Below, piece by piece: positions 31,915-41,262 of a DNA stretch of 64,000 nt (the stretch's first letter is position 1; every line of letters starts with the position of its first letter). Origin of the DNA: Patescibacteria group bacterium (lineage in GTDB: Bacteria; Patescibacteriota; UBA1384; CAJBMM01); the NCBI GenBank assembly GCA_041660565.1, contig JBAZWC010000001.1, forward strand, positions 6,155 through 70,154. Reading direction: 5' to 3'. The notes under the pieces were generated by a model that did no database searches, was not told the DNA's origin, and was given only the letters and a program-made list of their open reading frames with translations. Made by a program: the position numbers and the translations under genes.

Positions 31915-32032
31915 CTTGGAGGCAATTCGTGAAGCGGCTGGACTGCCAATTCCGATTGCAGATGCCACCAGTGGTTTCATCACCAACTCGGACACGACAC
32001 AAGGAAGTGGAAGGGCTGGTGGCAATGCCTAA
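31904..32032 (+). CDS. hypothetical 42-aa protein (cassette E, gene 2; frame chosen over the 134-aa track ORF)
   Basis: The frame-2 ORF VTSDLEAIREAAGLPIPIADATSG... is protein-like. The overlapping 31911-32315 frame gives an R/S/P-rich N-terminus typical of off-frame high-GC translation. Confidence 0.25.
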   Translation: MTSDLEAIREAAGLPIPIADATSGFITNSDTTQGSGRAGGNA

Positions 32033-32315
32033 GCAACGGACACACTCCACTGCAGCGGGGCGGCGCGTCACTGATGAAGATGCGCGTGATGGCGATATAA
32101 TGCAACTGGCCAAGGCTGTGGTTGATGGGGCACGAATAACTGAGTTCCAAGCTGCCAATGCATTGTGCCATCGTCTTCGGGTCGCCATTGATAGCGAGTC
32201 GCCCAAAAGCAGATCTCTCGTGACCCTTCGTCTGGCAATACGGACTCTCGAGGCACAATTCTCGACCATGGTTGGGTCTGTCACCTTGTCCAGTGCCGTA
32301 GTCCGGGCGCGGTAA
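32025..32315 (+). CDS. hypothetical protein (cassette E, gene 3)
   Basis: ATG at 32025 overlaps the gene 2 stop (ATGCCTAA); 96 aa. Confidence 0.3.
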   Translation: MPKQRTHSTAAGRRVTDEDARDGDIMQLAKAVVDGARITEFQAANALCHRLRVAIDSESPKSRSLVTLRLAIRTLEAQFSTMVGSVTLSSAVVRAR

Positions 32316-32553
32316 CAGGCGCAATACTCGCTCCATTGGGAGCAGACCGATAGTCCGGGCGGGAGAACATCCCCGCTCGGGCTTCTTTTTATCCATTAAT
32401 CGTAGGGGCGGTCTCATACCTGCCCCTCGTAGCCTTCTTGACCTTCCGAAGCTTTAGCGCAGGAGGTGGCGTAGTGGGGTGTCCGCCCGTTTAATTATAT
32501 AGATTCCGGGTCAAGCCCGGAATGACAAGTGAATAATGTGCTAAAGTAATCTT

Positions 32554-33261
32554 ATGAGAAACGTTACCACGCTTGGAATAGTGTTAAAACGCACTAATTT
32601 AGACGAAACTGACAAGATCTTGACCATTTACAGTCAAGAACTGGGAAAAGTGTCGGCTATTGCCAAAGGTATTAAAAAAATCACCAGCCGTAAAGCCGGG
32701 CATTTAGAACCGGGTAACGTGGTGCAATTTGAACTAGCCAAAGGTAAAACATTTTACATTATTACAAACGCCAAAATTACCCATTCTTTTGCTTATGCTG
32801 ATTTGGATAAAATGAAAAAATTATTTTTGTGGTGCGAGATTCTGGATAAATTAGCACACGATAGTGAAAAAAACACCGATTTGTTTGATCTGGCTGTTAG
32901 GGGGTTAAGTCATATTGCCGCTGAAAACGATCTAATTAAAGCCGAATTAGAGTTATATAGTACTACTGGTTACCAATTAGAAATTCGCCAATGTATTTTA
33001 GGACAAGAAGTCCTAAAACAAGATCAAAATTACTTTAGCATTACCGGTGGCGGGGTGGTTTGCGCAGATCACATGGCCAAATATCCCGATTGCGTCCCCA
33101 TCTCCGTTGAGGCGATTAAATTTTTGCGGTTAATTCAAAATCGAGATTACGAAACGCTGGCTCGAGTAAAAGTTGGCGTCGAAATTGGGGAAGAACTTGA
33201 AAGAATTGCCATATTACAGCGCCACCATGTCATTGAGCGGAAAATAAATTCTGAAGGATAG
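32554..33261 (+). CDS. recO: DNA repair protein RecO
   Basis: N-terminal OB-fold pattern GIVLKRTNLDETDKILTIYSQELGK and a C-terminal Cys-containing region. Confidence 0.7.
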   Translation: MRNVTTLGIVLKRTNLDETDKILTIYSQELGKVSAIAKGIKKITSRKAGHLEPGNVVQFELAKGKTFYIITNAKITHSFAYADLDKMKKLFLWCEILDKLAHDSEKNTDLFDLAVRGLSHIAAENDLIKAELELYSTTGYQLEIRQCILGQEVLKQDQNYFSITGGGVVCADHMAKYPDCVPISVEAIKFLRLIQNRDYETLARVKVGVEIGEELERIAILQRHHVIERKINSEG

Positions 33262-33450
33262 AAAAATAATTTCAAATTTCAAATTAAAAATTTCAAATTG
33301 GGGGGATTCTTCTATGTAGATTTCTCTCTCCGAGCCGTAGGACTACGAGCCGGAGGCCAACATAGTCGATTTGACAATCTCCTAGGGTCGAAATGACATA
33401 TTTGGTAATATCGTCTAGAATCCCGGCCGATATTGTGCTAGGGTGGGCGT

Positions 33451-34554
33451 ATGCATAACGACGTTTGGGCTGAGGTCAATTTAGAAAATATCAAATATAA
33501 TTTTAATGTACTAAAAAAATCGTTAATGCCGGAAACCGGAATAATCGCCGTAGTTAAATCTAATGCCTATGGGCACGGTCTAGTTGAAACATCGCGTGCA
33601 CTATCAGATGTTGGTGCGGATATGTTGGCAGTAACCAGTATTAAAGAAGCGCTAGATTTGCGCCAGAATAACATTACCACCGCCATCATCAACCTCTCAT
33701 ACACCGCCCCCGAAGACGTAGAGCAATGTATCACCAAAAAAATCACCGCCACCATTTATGATGCCGGGCAAGCGGAAAAGTGTAATCAAATTGCGTCCGA
33801 TTTAAGAAAGCCGCTTCGGGTGCACCTGAAAATAGACACGGGGATGTCGCGATTGGGGATTTTGGCAGAAGAGGTTGAGGCTTTAGTGCCCAAAATTATG
33901 CGTTATCCGTATTTGCGAGTAGATGGGTTGTATTCGCATTTTGCCGACGAAACCGATGCGCAGATGGTACAAAATCAATACCAGAATATGCAGATGGCAT
34001 TGTTTTCGTTGCAAAAACAAGGGTTGGTAGTGCCGGCGGTACACATGGCCAAGTCTGGTGTTGTGTTTAAATCGAATCAGTATCACTTTGACGCGGTGCG
34101 TGCGGGGATGGCGCTTTACGGATATGAAGACTATGGCAAAAATTTGCGCCCCAGCATGACTCTTAAAACAGTGCTCGCGCAGGTAAAGAAAATCAAAGCT
34201 GGTGCCAGTGTTGGGTATATGCAGACGTTTACCACGTCCAAAGACCTCTTAATTGGCGTTTTGCCAATTGGTTACGCGCATGGGATTGACCGCGGGTTAT
34301 CAAATGTTGGCCATGTTTTGGTGGATGGTTGGAAATGTCCGATCATTGGGCGGGTATGTATGGCGCAAACGATTGTAGATTTGTCGCCGGTGCTAATGAC
34401 ATCTAGAATAAAAATGGGTGATGAAGTGGTGGTGCTGGGTAAACAGGGCAAGCAAGAAATCACCGCGCGCCAGATTGCGGATTGGCTTGGTACTAACACC
34501 TACGAGGTAGTCACCCGCATTCCCGAATCCGTCCCCAGGATTTATATGAATTGA
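33451..34554 (+). CDS. alr: alanine racemase
   Basis: PLP-binding signature AVVKSNAYGHG. Confidence 0.85.
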   Translation: MHNDVWAEVNLENIKYNFNVLKKSLMPETGIIAVVKSNAYGHGLVETSRALSDVGADMLAVTSIKEALDLRQNNITTAIINLSYTAPEDVEQCITKKITATIYDAGQAEKCNQIASDLRKPLRVHLKIDTGMSRLGILAEEVEALVPKIMRYPYLRVDGLYSHFADETDAQMVQNQYQNMQMALFSLQKQGLVVPAVHMAKSGVVFKSNQYHFDAVRAGMALYGYEDYGKNLRPSMTLKTVLAQVKKIKAGASVGYMQTFTTSKDLLIGVLPIGYAHGIDRGLSNVGHVLVDGWKCPIIGRVCMAQTIVDLSPVLMTSRIKMGDEVVVLGKQGKQEITARQIADWLGTNTYEVVTRIPESVPRIYMN

Positions 34555-34667
34555 ATCCTTGTCATTCCGGACTTGATTGTTCCGTTAGGAACTAATGACC
34601 CCGACCGGAAAGGGCGTGAGGAATATCCGGAATCTATATAATATAAATTTCCTTAAGGAGAGAAACA

Positions 34668-35294
34668 GTGAATCTATCACCAGAAGAAATTAAGACAATC
34701 AAAACGTATGATGACCATTATGATGCCATTTATCAACAGCGTAATACTGATGGATATTGGAAAGCAGAAGCGGACGAACTAAAAAAACATCTGCCGAGTG
34801 GCAAAATCATTGAATTTGGTTGCGGTGGTGGGCGTGACGTTCGAATGTTATTAGATTTGGGATACGAATATATTGGCACCGATATCTCCAAGGTAGCGGT
34901 GGAAAAATGCAAAGCAAAATTTCCAAATCAAGAATTTATAAGCACAGATTTATACTCGCTTCCATTTGAAGATGGTAGCTTTGACGGATTCTGGACCATG
35001 GTAACATTGATGCACATCTATCCACGGCAAAAAATTAATCTGGCGTTGGCCGAAATAAAACGCGTTCTTCATCCTGAAGCATATGGTTGTTTATCAATTA
35101 AAAACGGAGAAGGTGAGACATTGCATCCGGATGTTTTGAAGCAAGGCGGTGAAAGGCCACGAATGTTTACGCTATGGACCGAAAAACAATTCGCAGACGT
35201 TTTAGCTAAAAACGGGTTTGAAGTGCTAAAATCATATGGAAAAACAGCAAATTCGTGGTCAGATTGGTTAGTTTATTTTGTCAAAGTGAGATAA
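34668..35294 (+). CDS. class I SAM-dependent methyltransferase
   Basis: Motif I IIEFGCGGGRD followed by an acidic loop DIS. Confidence 0.7.
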   Translation: MNLSPEEIKTIKTYDDHYDAIYQQRNTDGYWKAEADELKKHLPSGKIIEFGCGGGRDVRMLLDLGYEYIGTDISKVAVEKCKAKFPNQEFISTDLYSLPFEDGSFDGFWTMVTLMHIYPRQKINLALAEIKRVLHPEAYGCLSIKNGEGETLHPDVLKQGGERPRMFTLWTEKQFADVLAKNGFEVLKSYGKTANSWSDWLVYFVKVR

Positions 35295-35306
35295 TTTGGA
35301 GGAAAT

Positions 35307-35612
35307 ATGCAAACATATAACAAATTGGTGCGGGATAGAATTCCCGAGATCATCAAATCCAAAGGTGGGGAGTTTAAGACACGTATTTTGTCTGATGACG
35401 AATACAAAGTTGAACTAGACAAAAAATTATCCGAAGAAATAAAAGAATATCAAGCAGATCAAAATATGGATGAATTAGCTGATCTGCTAGAAATAATCTA
35501 TGCCATTGCCGAAAATAATGGGGTAAGTAAGGAAGAGCTCGAAAAAATCCGCGTAGATAAGGCGGCCAAACGAGGTGGATTCAAAGACAAAATCTTTCTC
35601 ATCGAATCGTAA
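35307..35612 (+). CDS. MazG-like house-cleaning NTP pyrophosphohydrolase (small all-alpha)
   Basis: KLVRDRIPEII...EELADLLEIIYAIA...RGGF pattern. Confidence 0.6.
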   Translation: MQTYNKLVRDRIPEIIKSKGGEFKTRILSDDEYKVELDKKLSEEIKEYQADQNMDELADLLEIIYAIAENNGVSKEELEKIRVDKAAKRGGFKDKIFLIES

Positions 35613-35704
35613 GGGATCAAGTCAAATACTACGACCTGTGTAGGGGCGATTCTCGTTGGCCGTCGGACATCCGATGCGTCAGATAGGACATCGCCCATTT
35701 ATGG

Positions 35705-35733
35705 TTGACTACATGTACTGTAAAGCGTATATT
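35705..35733 (+). promoter_or_regulatory. sigma70-like promoter of cassette D gene 1
   Basis: TTGACT, a 17-nt spacer, then TATATT. The same architecture and leader recur at 36581-36609. Confidence 0.5.
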
Positions 35734-35788
35734 TGTGTTGCCTGCAAAACTGCGCAGAGTACCGATACAGAACGGTGGTGAGACAAAC

Positions 35789-36481
35789 GTGGTAGATTTG
35801 GACGGATTTCCGGCCAGCATCGCCAATGGTGAGATTCGGGTAGAGGTGTACGATAACCTGAAGTACCCTGAGTTCGGTCGGTTGTACACCGAGCGCGTTG
35901 TTACTATCCCCTCTGACGATCTGCACGCATGGTCTTTGCTGGCTGATGGTGCCCAACTGTTGGTGACTTACCGTCATCTGTATCCCACTGGTGGAGGCGT
36001 GGCCAGCACTGAGGTTGGAGAGTACCGGGTTCCCGAGGGCACGAAGGAGGTATTCGTGTCGTACGCCTTTGGGATGGATGACTTGATACCGTTCCATGGG
36101 TCTGGCGATGACAGAGCATCTGAGCTACATGCTTCGAAGCAGGGCGTGTTCCCTTTCCGGCAAGGTTTGGGGCGTGCCCACAACTTGTACCACCAGCCTC
36201 TTGGGCTCGACTGGGGCCAACTGTGTAAGGCAGCAGATGTGTTGGCTATTCATGGTCGGTTAGTCGGGCGAAAGGGCATCCCTGCTGACTTGTCCGAAGG
36301 TAAAGTGCTTAAGAGCGGATGGGCAGCCGGCGAAGGTGGTGCCGAGGTGTATCGTGGTTACCACGATGTCGTAAGCGGTCGCCTGGTCTATCCCAACAAC
36401 CTACCAGGCCGATCCCCGTATCTGGTCCTCAAGTTTGACCAGCCGCACATCATCTGGTGCCCGGAGATCAACTGGAAGTAG
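35789..36481 (+). CDS. hypothetical protein, high-GC cassette D paralog 1
   Basis: GTG after SD ggtggtgag. About 230 aa and paralogous to the next gene (LLVTYRHLYPTGGGVA / LLVTYDRPVGVGAA; PLGLDWGQL / PLYLGWKEF). Confidence 0.45.
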   Translation: MVDLDGFPASIANGEIRVEVYDNLKYPEFGRLYTERVVTIPSDDLHAWSLLADGAQLLVTYRHLYPTGGGVASTEVGEYRVPEGTKEVFVSYAFGMDDLIPFHGSGDDRASELHASKQGVFPFRQGLGRAHNLYHQPLGLDWGQLCKAADVLAIHGRLVGRKGIPADLSEGKVLKSGWAAGEGGAEVYRGYHDVVSGRLVYPNNLPGRSPYLVLKFDQPHIIWCPEINWK

Positions 36482-36580
36482 CGCCGAGTCTTGTCGTGTG
36501 GGCTGTGCCAACTGGCGCAGCCCACGTTTCTTTCGTAGACCACGCTTTAGCGTAGGAGGTAGCTAAGGAGGGCGCCCGCC

Positions 36581-36609
36581 CGCTTGAGATTGACTAGATG
36601 TACCGAAAA
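36581..36609 (+). promoter_or_regulatory. sigma70-like promoter of cassette D gene 2
   Basis: TTGACT, a 17-nt spacer, then TATTTT, followed by a leader gtgttgcctgcaaaactgcgcagagtacc identical to that of gene 1. Confidence 0.5.
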
Positions 36610-36662
36610 GCGTATTTTGGTGTTGCCTGCAAAACTGCGCAGAGTACCTAAACAGAGAGAAG

Positions 36663-37328
36663 GTGAAAATCGTGGCAGTTTCACCTAAAAGACCAACCGA
36701 GGTTGGTCGGATCAGAGTGTTGTGGAAGGACAACCTGGAGTGGCCAAACATGGATGATCTTCTTGGGGCTAACGTGGTCTCTCTGCCTACCAATGAAGAC
36801 CGTTGGGCCATGCTTGGGGGCGAGGACAGGCAATTGTTGGTCACTTACGACCGCCCTGTGGGTGTTGGAGCGGCGAAAGTGGACATGAAGACCAGCTTCA
36901 TCGTTGGGGACGATGGTGGCATCCCGTTCTGTTTCTCGGCCACAGGGCAGGCAGATCAGCTGTTCGAGACGCAGCTAAGCGTTTTCGAAGTGCCGCGGCT
37001 AATGAGCCAGATTACGGAAGAGATGGATTTGGTGAGTAACCGGCGCCATGACGTCTATTACGCGCCACTCTATCTCGGGTGGAAGGAATTCCTTCGTGTA
37101 GTCGCTGCCCTGAACATCCTAGGAACCTCTTGTTTGCCAGACGCCAATCCAACCAATGTTCCTCGAGGTGAAGTTGTGCTTCGGAAGTGGGTGGCAGGCG
37201 ATAACACATTTGTGGTCAAGGGGAATGGAATCATGATTGCATCTGGGACCCTTCACCATCCTCAAGCTGGCCCATTGTCTCTTGGTGATCCTCACCTCGT
37301 TCAGGCGATCACATTCCCGACCCTCTAG
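36663..37328 (+). CDS. hypothetical protein, high-GC cassette D paralog 2
   Basis: GTG start (an alternative GTG lies at 36672); about 220 aa; paralog of 35789-36481. Confidence 0.45.
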   Translation: MKIVAVSPKRPTEVGRIRVLWKDNLEWPNMDDLLGANVVSLPTNEDRWAMLGGEDRQLLVTYDRPVGVGAAKVDMKTSFIVGDDGGIPFCFSATGQADQLFETQLSVFEVPRLMSQITEEMDLVSNRRHDVYYAPLYLGWKEFLRVVAALNILGTSCLPDANPTNVPRGEVVLRKWVAGDNTFVVKGNGIMIASGTLHHPQAGPLSLGDPHLVQAITFPTL

Positions 37329-37355
37329 CCCCAACAACAATATCGCCAACACTCA

Positions 37356-37391
37356 CGGGCAGGCCAACTGGTCTGCCCGTTTCAATATTTT
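37356..37391 (+). terminator. rho-independent terminator closing cassette D
   Basis: CGGGCAGGCCaactGGTCTGCCCG followed by tttcaatatttt. Confidence 0.55.
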
Positions 37392-37429
37392 GAATAGCCG
37401 AATGAGCAAAAGTTTGCTATAATTCGAAT

Positions 37430-38743
37430 ATGAGTTCAACGTCTTTAGACCAAATTGTTAATCTAGCCAAGCGGCGGGGATTTGTTTTCCCATCGTCCGA
37501 GATTTATGGTGGGCTAGCTAGCACCTGGGATTACGGCCCGTACGGTGTACTGCTCAAGAATAACGTCAAAGCGGCCTGGTGGAAGGCGATGGTGCTAATG
37601 CGCGATGATATTGTGGGGCTAGACGCCGCTATTTTGATGCATCCGCGCACTTGGGAAGCCAGCGGGCATACTGATAGCTTTTCTGATCCGCTAGTAGAAT
37701 GTCGTCAGTGTCACAATCGATTCAGGCTAGATGAGTTGCAAGATCTACAAAAATCCGACAAAGACAAATTACAATGTCCGGTTTGTGGCACCAAAGATAA
37801 CTTTACCGAGCCTAAAAACTTTAATCTGTTAATGAAAACTTTTCTGGGTACAACTGAAGATGCAAAATCGGCCGTGTACCTGCGTGGAGAAACTTGCCAG
37901 GGTATTTACGTTAACTTCAAAAACGTCCTAGCTACATCGCGCCAAAAAATCCCGTTTGGGATTGCCCAAATTGGTAAAGCGTTTAGGAACGAAATCACCC
38001 CCGGAAACTTTACTTTTAGAATGCGCGAGTTTGAACAGATGGAGATGCAGTTTTTTGTTAAACCAGATGCCGCTGCGGTCTATTACGATGAGTGGAAATC
38101 GCGTCGGTTAGACTGGTACAAATCGCTTGGGTTTGAAATGACGCGAGTCAGGTTCAAAGACCACGACAAGCTGGCGCACTACGCCAAAGCGGCAGTGGAC
38201 ATTGAGTACGACACGCCGTGGGGTTGGAAAGAGGTAGAGGGAATCCACAATCGTGGTGATTGGGATCTATCACGTCACTCCGAGTTTTCGGGTAAAGATC
38301 TATCTTATTTTGATGAAGAAAGCGGCGATAAATTTATGCCATACATTGTAGAAACGTCGGGTGGTGCTGACAGGATTAGTTTGATGGCTCTAATAGATGC
38401 GTATAACGAGGAAGAAACCGATGGCGAAACTCGTGTGGTATTAAAATTACATAAAGATTTGGCACCAATTAAAGTGGCGGTAATGCCGTTATTAAAGAAT
38501 AAGCCGGAGCTGGTGGAAGTTGCTACCAAATTATTCCATGAACTTAAAGCGGCCGGCATTATGGCCGAATACGACGAATCGGGTTCAATTGGGCGCCGTT
38601 ACCGCCGCCAAGACGAGATTGGTACACCAATTTGCGTAACCATCGATTTTGACACACTCGAAAATAAAACTGTCACCATCCGCGACCGCGATACAATGAA
38701 GCAGGAACGCGTTGGGCTAGACAAAGTACTAAAACTGACATAG
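37430..38743 (+). CDS. glyQS: glycine--tRNA ligase (alpha2 dimeric type)
   Basis: N-terminal [25 protein letters not shown] signature. TATAAT sits 6 nt before the ATG. Confidence 0.9.
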   Translation: MSSTSLDQIVNLAKRRGFVFPSSEIYGGLASTWDYGPYGVLLKNNVKAAWWKAMVLMRDDIVGLDAAILMHPRTWEASGHTDSFSDPLVECRQCHNRFRLDELQDLQKSDKDKLQCPVCGTKDNFTEPKNFNLLMKTFLGTTEDAKSAVYLRGETCQGIYVNFKNVLATSRQKIPFGIAQIGKAFRNEITPGNFTFRMREFEQMEMQFFVKPDAAAVYYDEWKSRRLDWYKSLGFEMTRVRFKDHDKLAHYAKAAVDIEYDTPWGWKEVEGIHNRGDWDLSRHSEFSGKDLSYFDEESGDKFMPYIVETSGGADRISLMALIDAYNEEETDGETRVVLKLHKDLAPIKVAVMPLLKNKPELVEVATKLFHELKAAGIMAEYDESGSIGRRYRRQDEIGTPICVTIDFDTLENKTVTIRDRDTMKQERVGLDKVLKLT

Positions 38744-38751
38744 CGCACTAT

Positions 38752-38893
38752 GTCATCCCGGACTTGATTGTTCCGTTAGGAACTAACGACTCCAACCGCA
38801 AGGTTGCGAGGAGTATCCGGGATCCAGACTATAAAAGACGAGAATGAACTCTGTTTTTTTATATAGATTCCGGCTCGGGGGCCGGAATGACAC
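38752..38893. repeat. composite palindromic repeats, family 2 (two units)
   Basis: tgtcatcccggacttgattgttccgttaggaactaa... is homologous to 34561-34640. Also ...tatagattccggctcgggggccggaatgaca. Confidence 0.55.
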
Positions 38894-38999
38894 GATGGGA
38901 CGGGTGATTCGTGAATCACCCCTACGGGTAACAATGGATTGCGAGGGATTTTGCAATGTAGTCCGTCATCTGTCCTCTGTTATCTGTCTTTTGATCCCC

Positions 39000-39029
39000 T
39001 TGACAGTGGTGGGGTAGGGGGATTATTAT
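39000..39029 (+). promoter_or_regulatory. dcw-cluster promoter (PmraZ)
   Basis: TTGACA, an 18-nt spacer, then TATTAT. Confidence 0.55.
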
Positions 39030-39043
39030 CAATACAGATCCTT

Positions 39044-39075
39044 AAAAGTGGGGCAAAGTGGGGAAAAGTGGAAAA
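39044..39075 (+). promoter_or_regulatory. putative MraZ operator: three direct repeats with 10-bp periodicity
   Basis: aaaaGTGGGGcaaaGTGGGGaaaaGTGGaaaa immediately downstream of the -10. Confidence 0.5.
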
Positions 39076-39220
39076 CTTCTGGGGATAACTCCGCTGATTC
39101 CAACTAAGCAAGCCGGCCCAAACGAACCCATAGGTTCGAGCGGGTTTTTGAGGAGGGGCACGGCCGGTACCCGAGGGAGTTATCTCTTGGGTACCGCGCC
39201 GAAAATAATCAAAGGAATAA

Positions 39221-39652
39221 ATGTTTATTGGCGAACACAACCACAACATAGACGACAAAGGGCGCTTACAGATACCAGCGCGTTTTCGGGGTGCGTTTGC
39301 TGACGGTGCGGTTGTGACTCGGGGCTTAGACGGTTGTTTGTTCATCTACACCTTAACCGAATGGCAAAAACTAGCCGAGAAATTAGACGAATTGCCGCTA
39401 ACCGGCAAAGATGCTCGTCAATTTAGTCGGTTAATGCTGGCCGGTGCAGTAGACGTTGAGCTTGACAAGCAGGGTCGCGTTATCTTGCCTGGCTACTTAC
39501 GTCAATTTGCCGGAATAAAGTCAAATGTAGTAGTAGCCGGTTTAATGAATCGTCTTGAAGTTTGGGATGAAGCCAAGTGGAAGACAGAACAATCATCTTT
39601 AGATCAGAATAGCGACGAAATCGCTGAAAAATTGATGGACTTTGGGATTTAG
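39221..39652 (+). CDS. mraZ: transcriptional regulator MraZ
   Basis: Duplicated DxxxR-type motifs (DDKGRLQIPARFR / DKQGRVILPGYLR). Confidence 0.9.
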   Translation: MFIGEHNHNIDDKGRLQIPARFRGAFADGAVVTRGLDGCLFIYTLTEWQKLAEKLDELPLTGKDARQFSRLMLAGAVDVELDKQGRVILPGYLRQFAGIKSNVVVAGLMNRLEVWDEAKWKTEQSSLDQNSDEIAEKLMDFGI

Positions 39653-40591
39653 ATGCATCCCCATATTCCAGTTCTTTTACAACAAGTCACGGATTTTGCA
39701 AAAGTCGACCATGGGGATACAGTTGTCGACGCAACGGTTGGTTACGGTGGGCATGCCGAAGCGTTATTGGAAAAAATCGGTTCAACCGGAAAATATCTAG
39801 GCATCGATAAAGATGAACAGGCAATTGCATATTGTCAGAGCCGACTAAAAAGATTTGGGGGTATCGTCAAAGTTGAAAACGCCGCAATGGGGCAGATGTC
39901 TCAGGTCGCTGAGCGTTTGGGAATAGATCAAGTAGACGTGGTATTGATGGACCTTGGAGTGTCGTCGCCTCAATTAGACGCGCCGGACTCCCCCATTAGT
40001 TTCAAATCTTCAGGAAGCTTGGATATGCGTTTGGGCTCTGGTCAAGGCGATCAAACAGCGGCAGACATTATCAATAAATGGGATTCAACTCGCCTCAAGA
40101 AATTATTTACCGAACATGGTCAGACCGGCACTAACAGGTTGGTTGATGCAATCATTCAGGCCAGACAGAAATCACCTATCACCTCAATTCCACAGTTAGT
40201 TCAGATAGTTAATCAGTCCGTACCGCACTTTCCTGGGATTAACCCAGCTACTCAAGTAATGCAGGCGCTGCGGGTGGAAGTTAATCAAGAATATCAACAA
40301 ATACGTCTTGGGTTGGAACAAGCAGTTCGCTTACTGAAAAACGGGGGCAGACTGCTGGTTATCAGCTTTCAAAGCGGCGAGGACAGGATTGTGAAGCAAT
40401 TTTTGCAAACCGAGAGCAAGGATTGTATTTGTCCGAGTGATTATCCGGTTTGTCGTTGTGATCATCGTGCATCCTTGCGGGTGATTACATCTAAGCCGAT
40501 TGTCCCGGATGGCGTAGAGGTAAAATCCAATCCGCGCAGCCGCAGTGCCAAGCTTAGAGTCGCGATTCGGAGGATGGAAGATGGAGCATAG
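39653..40591 (+). CDS. rsmH: 16S rRNA (cytosine1402-N4)-methyltransferase RsmH
   Basis: HIPVLL...DATVGYGGH...DLGVSSPQLD motifs. Confidence 0.9.
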   Translation: MHPHIPVLLQQVTDFAKVDHGDTVVDATVGYGGHAEALLEKIGSTGKYLGIDKDEQAIAYCQSRLKRFGGIVKVENAAMGQMSQVAERLGIDQVDVVLMDLGVSSPQLDAPDSPISFKSSGSLDMRLGSGQGDQTAADIINKWDSTRLKKLFTEHGQTGTNRLVDAIIQARQKSPITSIPQLVQIVNQSVPHFPGINPATQVMQALRVEVNQEYQQIRLGLEQAVRLLKNGGRLLVISFQSGEDRIVKQFLQTESKDCICPSDYPVCRCDHRASLRVITSKPIVPDGVEVKSNPRSRSAKLRVAIRRMEDGA

Positions 40592-40712
40592 AGGATAGAC
40601 GTCACGACCTGTCATTTCGACTCCCTCTGGGCGTAGCCTACGGGCAGAGCCTCGAGCATTGTCTCGAGGGCGGAGAAATCTCAAGAAAAATCAGTTAAGG
40701 GAGGGAACACAA

Positions 40713-41060
40713 ATGGGGCGAGCACTTGTTTATACTGGCAAAAATCGATATCGTCACGGTTACCGTCGTCGAACGGTAAGTAAGTCGGCATTTATTGGGC
40801 CGACCACATTTAGGTTCGTCGCCATTGCGGCGCTCGGAGTATTGTTAGGTTTGTACGTTATCAATACTACGCGCACCACTGGGAACGATGCGGTGATTCG
40901 GGATATCTCGCAGCAAAAAGAGAGTTTGAATAATCAACTAGACGCCTTAACCGCTGAAGAAGCGCGAAACCAGACCGCAACCGAGACAAAAAAGAAGGCT
41001 GAAGGTCAGGGGATGGTGCAGGGGGCAAATCAGGTACAGTTGGCGAGCCCAACTCCGTAG
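40713..41060 (+). CDS. ftsL: FtsL-like cell division protein
   Basis: Small bitopic protein with one TM followed by a coiled coil, in the conserved position between rsmH and ftsI. Start chosen at the Met after SD gggaggg. Confidence 0.55.
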   Translation: MGRALVYTGKNRYRHGYRRRTVSKSAFIGPTTFRFVAIAALGVLLGLYVINTTRTTGNDAVIRDISQQKESLNNQLDALTAEEARNQTATETKKKAEGQGMVQGANQVQLASPTP

Positions 41061-41262
41061 GGAAAGCACGAAGCACGAAATACGAAGCACGAAAAAAATT
41101 TCAAATCACAATTTTTAATTTTAAATATAAAACCGTAGCCCAGACTTCGTGACCTTCCGTAGCTCGAAGAGCGAAGGAGGTTAGTCTGTTTTCCAGAGAA
41201 AAACACGCTGAAGCGTGGACTACGTTTATAATTAATGATTTGGAACTCAGAGTTAATATATT

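Noticed and set aside
31911-32315. 134-aa ORF as a single gene in cassette E
   Set aside because: The first roughly 38 codons are R/S/P/T-rich, which is characteristic of off-frame translation. A protein-like 42-aa ORF in another frame (31904-32032) plus an ATG-initiated ORF from 32025 explain the region better, though both calls remain low-confidence.
39058-39303. 81-aa ORF across the mraZ promoter/operator
   Set aside because: It overlaps the consensus promoter and MraZ boxes and runs into the mraZ start in another frame. It is spurious.
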